A DNA stretch of 16,129 nt, from the NCBI GenBank assembly GCA_041288045.1, contig JBGGMM010000142.1, positions 1 to 16,129 of the forward strand, written 5' to 3'. Under the pieces are notes generated by a model, which saw only the letters and a program-made list of their open reading frames with translations, searched no databases and was not told where the DNA came from. How positions within the stretch are numbered: position 1 is the first letter of the stretch; every line of letters begins with the position of its first letter. The position numbers and the translations under genes are program-made. Positions 1-7,799 of the stretch are shown in pieces. This DNA is from Pseudobdellovibrionaceae bacterium. Its GTDB lineage: Bacteria; Bdellovibrionota; Bdellovibrionia; Bdellovibrionales; Bdellovibrionaceae.

Positions 1-1
1 T

Positions 2-511
2 CTTTTTTATTTTTTGGCTTATTGGAATCAGATTCCCCATTGGTTGGCCTCGCACGGCTATGAAGTCTTTCACTTGTCACTGCCTTGGATCCATGAACAG
101 CGACGAAGGCAAACACTTCACAAATTCCTTCAAGAAAAATCAGAATCCGGCGCTCTCATCCATTTGTTTTTTGATCAAAGCTCTTTGGCAATGATAAAGA
201 TTCTCTTAAGCCAGCATCGTTACTCCTGTCTGAGTTCAGTCACGCTTGTCGGCCAAGATCTGCAAGCTGAGCCATCCCTTTCCTCTCCCTTTTTCACACC
301 GATTGAAGAGCTGGATATTCCAACAGGTCATAAATTCAAGACTCCTTTTTTTTGGCACTTCCATCAAATATGGACTTCGCATTGGCATTCTCTGCATCGT
401 TTGGGATGGCAATTGACGAATGGACAAGCAGATTTGTTTCTGCAAAGAGCTCAATTTCTCGCTGAAAGGGACTTGCTTCAAAAACAAAGGTCCCCTACCC
501 TTGAGACATGA
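2..511 (+). CDS. 5'-truncated hypothetical protein with a degenerate alpha/beta-hydrolase (lipase-like) fold
   Basis: The frame is open from base 2 (LFYFLAYWN...), so the true start lies upstream of the window. YWNQIPHWLASHGYEVFHLSL and SSVTLVG resemble lipase-family segments, but the GHSxG position reads FDQSS. The TGA stop overlaps the next ATG (ATGA at 508-511). Confidence 0.6.
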   Translation, partial: LFYFLAYWNQIPHWLASHGYEVFHLSLPWIHEQRRRQTLHKFLQEKSESGALIHLFFDQSSLAMIKILLSQHRYSCLSSVTLVGQDLQAEPSLSSPFFTPIEELDIPTGHKFKTPFFWHFHQIWTSHWHSLHRLGWQLTNGQADLFLQRAQFLAERDLLQKQRSPTLET

Positions 512-1107
512 ACCGTAAAGAACAGATTCTCAATGAGGCCTATGAGATCAAGCGAACACTGATTCAATTTCTCAGGCGTCCCATGAGCGAAATCAAACGG
601 GTTCCTGAATGGCCATGGCCGCGTCTTCTGGCATTAGAAGTCATTGTTGCTGGGCTGACTGGTTCTCTTGCCAGCCTCATTCTGCAAAAATCCGTGGTCT
701 CGGCGATCTTTGGATTTTTCTTTGCACCTTTTGTGACTCTGATCACTTTGGCGATTATGACTTTGTTTTTTTATTACAGCTTTCAAATTTTTGCCGAAAA
801 GATCATTTCTCCCCGTCAAATTTTTACTGTGGTTCTGTTTGCTAGCATTCCTCAGCTGATTTTAAGGATCATTGACGGCTACGTCCCCCCGATCACTCTG
901 GTCGGGATGGCATTTACGGCTTTCTTGATGCTTGTTGGCTTTGTTGAAAACTTTCAAATTCAAAAGAAAATGGCAATTCGCTTGATTGGCGTTCTTTATG
1001 CGATTCTTCTGACTATCTGGATTTGGAACCAAGTGAGCTCATCCCGCATGGAAAGCAACTGGAGCCACGATCGAATTGAAGCTCCAGAAGTCGAACTGGG
1101 AAAATAA
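508..1107 (+). CDS. Yip1-domain-like integral membrane protein
   Basis: 199 aa with about 5 hydrophobic helices. N-terminal 'FLRRPMSEIKR' and 'FTVVLFASIPQLI' segments fit the Yip1 family pattern. ATGA-coupled to the upstream gene. Confidence 0.7.
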   Translation: MNRKEQILNEAYEIKRTLIQFLRRPMSEIKRVPEWPWPRLLALEVIVAGLTGSLASLILQKSVVSAIFGFFFAPFVTLITLAIMTLFFYYSFQIFAEKIISPRQIFTVVLFASIPQLILRIIDGYVPPITLVGMAFTAFLMLVGFVENFQIQKKMAIRLIGVLYAILLTIWIWNQVSSSRMESNWSHDRIEAPEVELGK

Positions 1108-1120
1108 GCCAATCCTCTTT

Positions 1121-1576
1121 TTATCTTCCAGTTGAACCAAAGCCCCCGGCTCCACGTGCTGTTTCAGAAAGATCTTCGCTGATTTCAAATTGGGCTTGCA
1201 CAACTGGAGCTAAAACCAATTGCGCCACTCTCTCTTGATCTTTGACCTCAAAAGGCTCTTGCCCATGATTGATCAAAATGACTTTCACTTCACCCCGATA
1301 GTCAGCATCGATTGTGCCCGGAGTGTTGACGACTGAAATTCCATGTTTCGCTGCCAGTCCACTGCGAGGTCGGGCCTGAATTTCAAAGCCAGCAGGAATT
1401 TCAAAAGAAAGGCCAGTTGGGACCAGAGCCCTTTCCCCAGGTTCAAGCAAAAGAGGCCGCTCGATCTGAGCACGAACATCAAAACCGCTGGCCAATGGCG
1501 ATTGATAGGCCGGCAATTCACCTTTGTAATGAGATAATTTTTTGATTTTCAATTTCATTTTTGGCATCTCGCTCAT
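1121..1576 (-). CDS. dut: dUTP diphosphatase (trimeric dUTPase)
   Basis: Conserved dUTPase motifs [28 protein letters not shown] and C-terminal [10 protein letters not shown]. Confidence 0.98.
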   Translation of the reverse strand: MSEMPKMKLKIKKLSHYKGELPAYQSPLASGFDVRAQIERPLLLEPGERALVPTGLSFEIPAGFEIQARPRSGLAAKHGISVVNTPGTIDADYRGEVKVILINHGQEPFEVKDQERVAQLVLAPVVQAQFEISEDLSETARGAGGFGSTGR

Positions 1577-1589
1577 GTCATTCCCCCGA

Positions 1590-2855
1590 TTAGAGTTTTG
1601 CCTGTAAAAACCAATCCTTCAATTCATTGGCTCCGCCACCCATCAGCACAGCACCGATACTGTCGAAATCAAAAGTGCGCTTCAGGTACTGATTCACCGA
1701 CTGCCGAGTCACCGCGTTCACTTCGGCAATGATGTCATCCACAGGCTTGTATTTCCTGAAGACCATTTCATTGACGCCGATGGATTGCATGCGATTGTCG
1801 ATATCATCGGCCCCCAGTAACAGGGAGCCTGCGACTTGGGTCTTAAAAAGTTCCAATTCTCCCTCTGAGACCCCGTTTTTTCGCACTCGTCGAAGCTCAC
1901 TGGAAATGGTGCGGATCACCTGCTTCATATTTTCTTTTTCACAGCCGGCGTAAATATTCAAAATTCCAAAATCATCAAACGTGTTCAATGCCGAATAAAT
2001 GGAATAAACGAGGCCCTTTTTTTCCCGCACGCTTTGATAGAGCTTTGAAGTCATCCCTCCGCCCAAAAGGGCGTTGACGATAAAGGCTTCAAACCGATCC
2101 CTATCTTTGAAACTGGCGCAAGGAAGACCTAAAAGCAGATGCAATTGCTCAACTGGCTTATCAATCACTCGGCGAAAGGCCCGATGTTTAGGTTTTGATC
2201 GCGGAAACTTTAATTTTCGTTTGGGCTTTTGACCCAAAAGCTTTTCAACAGCTTCAACCAATTCTGTGTGATCGATATTTCCGGCAGCCGCCACGATCAA
2301 ATTGTTTCCAGAATATCTTTCCTTGTAATAACGAAGAATTTGCTTCTGAGTCATTTTCTGAATGGACGGCGTGGTCCCCAGAATCGGTCGCCCCAATGGA
2401 TGCTTGGGCAAACAATGCGAAAGATACTCGTCGTAAATGGCCTCTTCTAAATTGTCATCACCCATGACGATCTCTTGCAAGATCACGGATTTTTCAACTT
2501 GGAAATCGGAACGATTCATTTCCATATTCGAAACCAGGTCCGAAAGCACATCCAAAGCTTTTCGCCAGTGATCTTTTAAAACCAAAGCGTGATAGCAAGT
2601 GTACTCTCGAGTGGTGTAGGCATTGAGATCCCCACCCAGCTGTTCCAGTGATTTGGCAATTTGATAGGCCGAGCGGGTTTTGGTTCCTTTAAAAACCAGA
2701 TGTTCCAGAAAATGCGAAATCCCCTCATCGCCAGGGGCCTCATCGCGAGTCCCTGTGGACACCCAAAGGCCCAGTGAAGCGGCCCGGGATTCTGAATGGA
2801 GTTCACTCACCACTCGAATCCCGTTTTTAAGCACGGTTTTCTTGAATCGAATCAC
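1590..2855 (-). CDS. M16B (pitrilysin-like) zinc metallopeptidase
   Basis: Inverted zinc motif HFLEH in [14 protein letters not shown], plus [12 protein letters not shown] and [24 protein letters not shown] start. pnp-M16-dut is a known gene order. Confidence 0.95.
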   Translation of the reverse strand: MIRFKKTVLKNGIRVVSELHSESRAASLGLWVSTGTRDEAPGDEGISHFLEHLVFKGTKTRSAYQIAKSLEQLGGDLNAYTTREYTCYHALVLKDHWRKALDVLSDLVSNMEMNRSDFQVEKSVILQEIVMGDDNLEEAIYDEYLSHCLPKHPLGRPILGTTPSIQKMTQKQILRYYKERYSGNNLIVAAAGNIDHTELVEAVEKLLGQKPKRKLKFPRSKPKHRAFRRVIDKPVEQLHLLLGLPCASFKDRDRFEAFIVNALLGGGMTSKLYQSVREKKGLVYSIYSALNTFDDFGILNIYAGCEKENMKQVIRTISSELRRVRKNGVSEGELELFKTQVAGSLLLGADDIDNRMQSIGVNEMVFRKYKPVDDIIAEVNAVTRQSVNQYLKRTFDFDSIGAVLMGGGANELKDWFLQAKL

Positions 2856-2881
2856 CCTGCGAATCTTTCCCTGAAAATCAA

Positions 2882-4987
2882 TCAGTGCTGAGTTTTTTCA
2901 AGCAGTGCTTTTCGTGAAAGCTTGATGCGTCCTGCACGGTCCACATCCAGAACTTTCACGTCCAGCTCATCGCCTTCTTTGAGCACATCGCTGACTTGGC
3001 GGATGCGATCATGGGCAATTTCTGAAATGTGCAAAAGTCCCTGCGTGTTTGGCAGAATCTCAACGAAAGCTCCAAAGTCAGCGATTTTCACCACTTTGCC
3101 TTTGTAGGTCTTTCCGACTTCGGCTTCAGCACAGATGTCGTTGATCATGGCAATGGCCTTCTTGGTCGCCAATGGATCGGCAGAGGCAATATGGATTTTA
3201 CCATCGTCTTCGATTTCGATTTTCACGCCAGTCGCTTCCGTGATTCCACGGATGACTTTGCCTCCGGGGCCGATGACTTCACGGATTTTATCTGGATGAA
3301 CACGGATGGTCTCGATTCGCGGAGCAAATTCAGAAATTTGACCACGAGGCACCTTAATGACTTTTTCCATTTCATTCAGGATGTGGATCCGTCCATCACG
3401 AGCTTGGTTCAAAGCCTGCTCCATCACTTGAAAGCTGACAGAGTCGATTTTGATATCCATTTGTACGGCTGTGATCCCTTGCGCAGTTCCAGCCACTTTG
3501 AAGTCCATATCTCCCAAGTGATCTTCATCACCCAAGATATCGGTCAAAACGGCAACGCGTTCGCCTTCTTTGATCAGACCCATGGCGATTCCAGCCACAT
3601 TTCCTTTGATTGGAACGCCGGCATCCAAAAGAGCCAAAATTCCAGAGCAAACGGTTCCCATTGATGAAGAGCCATTGGATTCAAGCACATCCGCAACAAT
3701 ACGAATGGTGTAAGGGAATTTTTCAAAATCTGGCAAAATGGCTTTCACTGCTCGTTCCGCCAAATTTCCGTGACCGATTTCTCGTCGACCTTGACCACCG
3801 AAGCGGCCCACTTCACCCACTGAGAATGGAGGGAAATTGTAGTGAAGCATGAATTTTCGCTTCTGAGTGCCCAGCAATGAATCGATCATCTGCTCATCAT
3901 CACCAGTTCCCAAAGTCACAGTTCCCAAAACCTGGGTTTCGCCACGAGTGAAAAGACCTGAACCGTGAGCTCTTGGCAAAATCCCAACTTCGTTGGCAAT
4001 CTGACGAACCGTTTTTGTATCACGTCCATCAATGCGGGTCCCTTTTGACAGGATCATTTCCCGAGAAACTTTGTATTTCGCATCTTCGATAATGCTTGAA
4101 AGTTCCTTTTCACGAGTGGTCTTTAATTTATCCTCGGTGATTCCTGCCAGCAAAGCAGCTTTCGCTTCATCTTTGGTTGTCGCATAAGCTTTGTAACGCT
4201 CGCCTTTCTCACGAATGGAAAGTGCTTTTTCAATTCGAGGAGTGACAAATTGCTCAGCAGCTTTTCTGAATTCAGCATCAATCACAGGCGCCGTCCAAGC
4301 CCGCTTTGGTTTTGAGCCAAACTTTTCGCGCAATTCATCCTGGGCATTGAAAAGTGGAAGCAGAGCTTGATGACCAAATTTCAAAGCGGCCAACATATCG
4401 GCTTCAGAGACGAAATTGCATTCGCCTTCCACCATCAAAAGACCGTTGCGAGTCCCGGCAACGATGACGTTGAAATCTGATTTTTCCAACTGTTGCGGAG
4501 TGGGATTGGCAATCAATTGACCATCCACTCGTCCGACTTGCAGTGCTGCTGTCGGGCCATTGAAGGGAATGTCGCTGATATGCAAAGCTGCTGAGGCCCC
4601 AAGGCTTGCCAGAATTTCGATGGGGAAAGCCCCGTCGGCACTCATGACAGTGGCGACTACTTGCGTTTCGTATTTGTAGCCTTCAGGAAAACTGGGGCGG
4701 ATCGGTCGGTCAATCAATCGAGCTGTCAAAACAGCATCGGTGGTTGGCTTGCCTTCACGTTTGAAATATCCACCCGGAATTTTCCCGGTGGCATAAAATT
4801 TTTCGATATATTCAACTGTCAGTGGAAAGAAATCCAAAGTGGATGGATTTTTTGAGGAAACAGCTGTCACCAAAACCATGTTGTTGCCACAAGTGACAAC
4901 CACGGATCCATCGGCTTGTTTCGCCATTCTTCCGGTTTCGATAGTGATTTGTTTGTCTCCCACGAGAGTCGTGACTGTTGTCTTCAT
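2882..4987 (-). CDS. pnp: Polyribonucleotide nucleotidyltransferase (PNPase)
   Basis: 701 aa. DFFPLTVEY, HGSGLFTRGETQ, ESNGSSSM and EDHLGDMDFKVAG motifs, KH domain (VIGPGGKVIR) and S1 domain. AAGGAG RBS. Confidence 0.99.
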   Translation of the reverse strand: MKTTVTTLVGDKQITIETGRMAKQADGSVVVTCGNNMVLVTAVSSKNPSTLDFFPLTVEYIEKFYATGKIPGGYFKREGKPTTDAVLTARLIDRPIRPSFPEGYKYETQVVATVMSADGAFPIEILASLGASAALHISDIPFNGPTAALQVGRVDGQLIANPTPQQLEKSDFNVIVAGTRNGLLMVEGECNFVSEADMLAALKFGHQALLPLFNAQDELREKFGSKPKRAWTAPVIDAEFRKAAEQFVTPRIEKALSIREKGERYKAYATTKDEAKAALLAGITEDKLKTTREKELSSIIEDAKYKVSREMILSKGTRIDGRDTKTVRQIANEVGILPRAHGSGLFTRGETQVLGTVTLGTGDDEQMIDSLLGTQKRKFMLHYNFPPFSVGEVGRFGGQGRREIGHGNLAERAVKAILPDFEKFPYTIRIVADVLESNGSSSMGTVCSGILALLDAGVPIKGNVAGIAMGLIKEGERVAVLTDILGDEDHLGDMDFKVAGTAQGITAVQMDIKIDSVSFQVMEQALNQARDGRIHILNEMEKVIKVPRGQISEFAPRIETIRVHPDKIREVIGPGGKVIRGITEATGVKIEIEDDGKIHIASADPLATKKAIAMINDICAEAEVGKTYKGKVVKIADFGAFVEILPNTQGLLHISEIAHDRIRQVSDVLKEGDELDVKVLDVDRAGRIKLSRKALLEKTQH

Positions 4988-5137
4988 GTTTCTCCTTTTC
5001 CCGATCTTACTTCGTCGGGGTTGGGGCTTGTGGTTCTTCTTTTTTCCACAGCCAGTTTTTTCATTCCCAATTTCCAGGAGACTGCACTTTCTTTTTTGCT
5101 GTCATCTAGGGTGGTTGAGAGAAGTCAATTAAAAGTC

Positions 5138-5167
5138 AAAAAGGCCTCTTTCCAGAGGCCTTTTTTT
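5138..5167. terminator. Rho-independent terminator after rpsO (potentially bidirectional)
   Basis: AAAAAGGCCTCT-TTCC-AGAGGCCTTTTTTT. On the minus strand the loop is GGAA (GNRA) and a U-tract follows. It lies directly after the rpsO stop. Confidence 0.9.
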
Positions 5168-5170
5168 AAA

Positions 5171-5440
5171 TTACTTACGGATGTCGAGTTCTTTGATGAG
5201 CGCTTCGTATTTTTTCGTATTCGTGCGCTTGAGATAATCAAGAAGCTTACGGCGTTGATTAACCGCCTTCATCATTCCACGGCGGCCGTGGACGTCTTTT
5301 TTGTGAGTGGTGAAATGAACAGTCATTTCATTGATCCGAGCTGTGAGAAGTGCCACTTGCACTTCAGAGCTTCCAGTATCAAGCTCACTGCGACGGAATT
5401 TTTTAACGATGTTCGCTTTTTGCGTTGTTGTGACGGCCAT
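5171..5440 (-). CDS. rpsO: 30S ribosomal protein S15 (uS15)
   Basis: 89 aa with DTGSSEVQVALLT, HKKDVHGRRG and RRKLLDYLK. AAGGAG RBS at 5447-5452. Confidence 0.99.
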   Translation of the reverse strand: MAVTTTQKANIVKKFRRSELDTGSSEVQVALLTARINEMTVHFTTHKKDVHGRRGMMKAVNQRRKLLDYLKRTNTKKYEALIKELDIRK

Positions 5441-5514
5441 TAACGTCTCCTTTTTTAAGCTGATCGAATCAGCAGATAAGAACTCCCCCTCCCGTCATGG
5501 CTGTCGAAGAAGAG
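5431..5514 (-). promoter_or_regulatory. Structured rpsO leader, candidate S15 autoregulatory element
   Basis: Stem CUCUUCUUC (5514-5506) pairs with GAGGGGGAG (5491-5483). Its 14-nt loop GACAGCCAUGACGG is complementary to the start of the coding sequence. A second hairpin GCUGAU-UCG-AUCAGC spans 5473-5459. Confidence 0.55.
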
Positions 5515-5530
5515 GCGTTTGAAGGGACTA

Positions 5531-5559
5531 TTTCTATTACGCAGCCCCTCAAAGGTCAA
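5531..5559 (-). promoter_or_regulatory. Putative sigma70 promoter for rpsO-pnp
   Basis: TTGACC (5559-5554), 17-bp spacer, TAGAAA (5536-5531), just upstream of the structured leader. Confidence 0.55.
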
Positions 5560-5697
5560 TCAGACAGATTCAGAAGCCAAAGATTTCGGGGTTGGGACAC
5601 AAGATTGAGGCGTTTAGCAGAATCAACCACTTTCTAAGGCTTAAAAGAAGAAAGAATCAAAAGGCAAATAGCCTGATATCCGAATTAATTTCATTTG

Positions 5698-5835
5698 CCA
5701 GACGACCACGATGGTCGTCTGGGAGCCTTCGCATGGACGGACACACCCGCGTTTACCCTCGGCACCGCTGTGCTCGAGACCCCACGAGATTTTAGACATC
5801 CTCGCAGAGCAACACCACCGTGGTGTCGCCTTGCG
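5698..5835 (-). other. GC-rich multi-hairpin intergenic element (candidate ncRNA or palindromic repeat element)
   Basis: Three clear hairpins at 5835-5803, 5778-5758 and 5722-5698, starting 3 nt after the truB stop. Identity unknown. Confidence 0.5.
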
Positions 5836-5838
5836 CGA

Positions 5839-6744
5839 TCAGCTGTAGCGAAAGACCCGGCGAATAGCGAAGCCCTTACCAGGATCCAGGCCAATGAGCG
5901 CCAAAAGCTCGCCACTTTCTTGCGAGAGAATCTTGATCACCTCATCGCGGCCCGGTTGAAAAGCTGAAATCAATTGAGTGCGCAGATCGTGGGAAATCAA
6001 ACCATTTCCCATCATCACTTGATCTTGGCCTTTGATGCGAATGACTTTGGCTTCAGCCAGAGTCGAAGACATCGGAATAAATCCACGCTGCGTGGAATGG
6101 GGATTCTTTTCAAGCTCTTCTAAAGTGATCGCTTGATCCAGATGATAGGGCGAGGATTCGGTTCTTTCCAGCTGACTCATGGCTGCCCCGATATGAAGGA
6201 TTTCACCCAAACGATGAACCCAGGCCCGAATGAAAGAGCCTTTTGAACAGCGGATAAAGACATCGATCCAATCCGCTCCCTGTCCCTCAATGGCGAGATC
6301 AAAAAAATGCATTCGCTTCATGGGGATTTGGACTTCTTTTCCTTCGCGGGCGTACTCGTACAATTTTTTGCCATCAATTTTGGCAGCCGAGTAGATCGGA
6401 ACTGGAAGCTCCAATTCTCCGCGAAGAGACAGAGCAGCGTCGCGAACGACTTGGGGACCTGGTAAATCAGTCGAGGTTTTCAGCACTGTGCCTGTTGTGT
6501 CTAAAGTGTCAGTGACAAGACCCAATTGGGCACGCACTCGATAGGCTTTGTTTTTTTCAAGAATGTATTGGCTGAGCTTGGTTCCTTCGCCGATCAAAAG
6601 CACCATCAGGCCCGAGGCCAGCGGATCCAATGTCCCACTATGACCGACAGATTTGGTTTGCAGAATTCGACGCACACGAGCCACGACATCATGGCTTGTG
6701 ATCCCCTGAGGTTTATTGATCAAAAGCAAACCATGAAAATTCAT
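5839..6744 (-). CDS. truB: tRNA pseudouridine(55) synthase TruB
   Basis: KPQGITSHDVV, GHSGTLDPLASG (catalytic Asp), PIYSAAKIDGKKLYEYAR and CSKGSFIR motifs. Confidence 0.98.
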   Translation of the reverse strand: MNFHGLLLINKPQGITSHDVVARVRRILQTKSVGHSGTLDPLASGLMVLLIGEGTKLSQYILEKNKAYRVRAQLGLVTDTLDTTGTVLKTSTDLPGPQVVRDAALSLRGELELPVPIYSAAKIDGKKLYEYAREGKEVQIPMKRMHFFDLAIEGQGADWIDVFIRCSKGSFIRAWVHRLGEILHIGAAMSQLERTESSPYHLDQAITLEELEKNPHSTQRGFIPMSSTLAEAKVIRIKGQDQVMMGNGLISHDLRTQLISAFQPGRDEVIKILSQESGELLALIGLDPGKGFAIRRVFRYS

Positions 6745-7394
6745 TGAGGAAGAACAGTCACTTTCGCGTCAGCCGAAGATTCTTTGAAAGCCGCTTCCGG
6801 TGGCTTGAGAGGCGTTATTGGAGTGTGAGCTGAGAGTTTTTCTGCAGCCATGACAATAGCCAAACAGGAAACCGGAAAAGTCAAAAGCAGACCAACCATC
6901 AAACACAAACCACCAGCGACATTCAGAAGAGTGAGCAGAATCATAAAGCCAAAAATATTCCACCAGCGGCCGCGAACCAATTCAAGCGATCGCTTGATGA
7001 CTTCAACTGCATCCTGCTTTTCAGTCACAAAAAGAGCCGAAGAAAAAATGGAGGCCACGGAAAACCAAACACCTGGGATGATCAGAAGAATAAAACCAAC
7101 AAAACAACCGATATAAACCAGAACATTCATCAAAAGTGCATGCAAGAGACGATTCAAATCGGTGTAGGCCCAAAAGAAATCCTGAAAGCCAATCACTTCC
7201 TTTTTGCGCAAAAGAAGAAGGCATTTAAAATATCCAAGTCCCATGGGCGCGACGAGAAGAGCGCCGACAATGGGAATATGCGAAATCACCCAAATCCCAA
7301 CCAAATAAACGGCTGTCAGGCCAGCCACTAAGGCCAAATTATCTTTCAGAGCCTTCCAGGCCTGATCCAGCAGGTCTCCGTAAATCAGTTTCAT
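6741..7394 (-). CDS. Integral membrane protein of unknown function (DUF975/YciC-like)
   Basis: 217 aa with about 5-6 TM helices and the pattern GFILLIIPGV...VIKRSLELVRGRWWNIF. ATGA overlaps with both rbfA and truB. Confidence 0.75.
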   Translation of the reverse strand: MKLIYGDLLDQAWKALKDNLALVAGLTAVYLVGIWVISHIPIVGALLVAPMGLGYFKCLLLLRKKEVIGFQDFFWAYTDLNRLLHALLMNVLVYIGCFVGFILLIIPGVWFSVASIFSSALFVTEKQDAVEVIKRSLELVRGRWWNIFGFMILLTLLNVAGGLCLMVGLLLTFPVSCLAIVMAAEKLSAHTPITPLKPPEAAFKESSADAKVTVLPQ

Positions 7395-7789
7395 TCAGAC
7401 TCCTCGGAAGGGGAATTTTCTTTCTTTTTCTTTTCTTCTTCAAGCTCATGAAGAATGCGATCGATTTTTAGCACGTGTTCAGTTGCGTCGTCTGGATAAA
7501 AGCTGAGTTTCGGACAATAGCGCATTCGAAGTTCTTTACCGATAAAGTTTTGCACTTCAAAGGCTCTTTCATTCAAAGTCTCAAGTGCTTTTTCTCTTTC
7601 AGCATCAGTGCCCAGAACGCTGATGTAGACTTTTGCAGCGCGAAGATCAGCAGGCATGAGCACGCGGGCAACCGTCACCAAACCTGGTAACGGAAAGCGA
7701 AAACCGGAAATCAAAAACTGGGCGACAGTTTTTTGAATTTCCTGTTCCACACGGGACACTCGCCGTCCGCCATCACCCTGCTTTTTCAT
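7391..7789 (-). CDS. rbfA: Ribosome-binding factor A
   Basis: RRVSRVEQEI, DLRAAKVYIS and LRMRYCPKLSFYPD motifs. Lies directly after infB. Confidence 0.97.
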   Translation of the reverse strand: MKKQGDGGRRVSRVEQEIQKTVAQFLISGFRFPLPGLVTVARVLMPADLRAAKVYISVLGTDAEREKALETLNERAFEVQNFIGKELRMRYCPKLSFYPDDATEHVLKIDRILHELEEEKKKKENSPSEESE

Positions 7790-7799
7790 CTCGATGTCC

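Noticed and set aside
5645..5674. AGGC-UAUUU-GCCU plus U-rich tract on the minus strand as the operon terminator
   Set aside because: Only a 4-bp stem, too weak to call.
5691..5967. Short ORFs 5691-5915 (-) and 5695-5967 (+) across the hairpin element
   Set aside because: Both overlap truB, have weak starts and no RBS. They are better explained by the GC-rich palindromic sequence.
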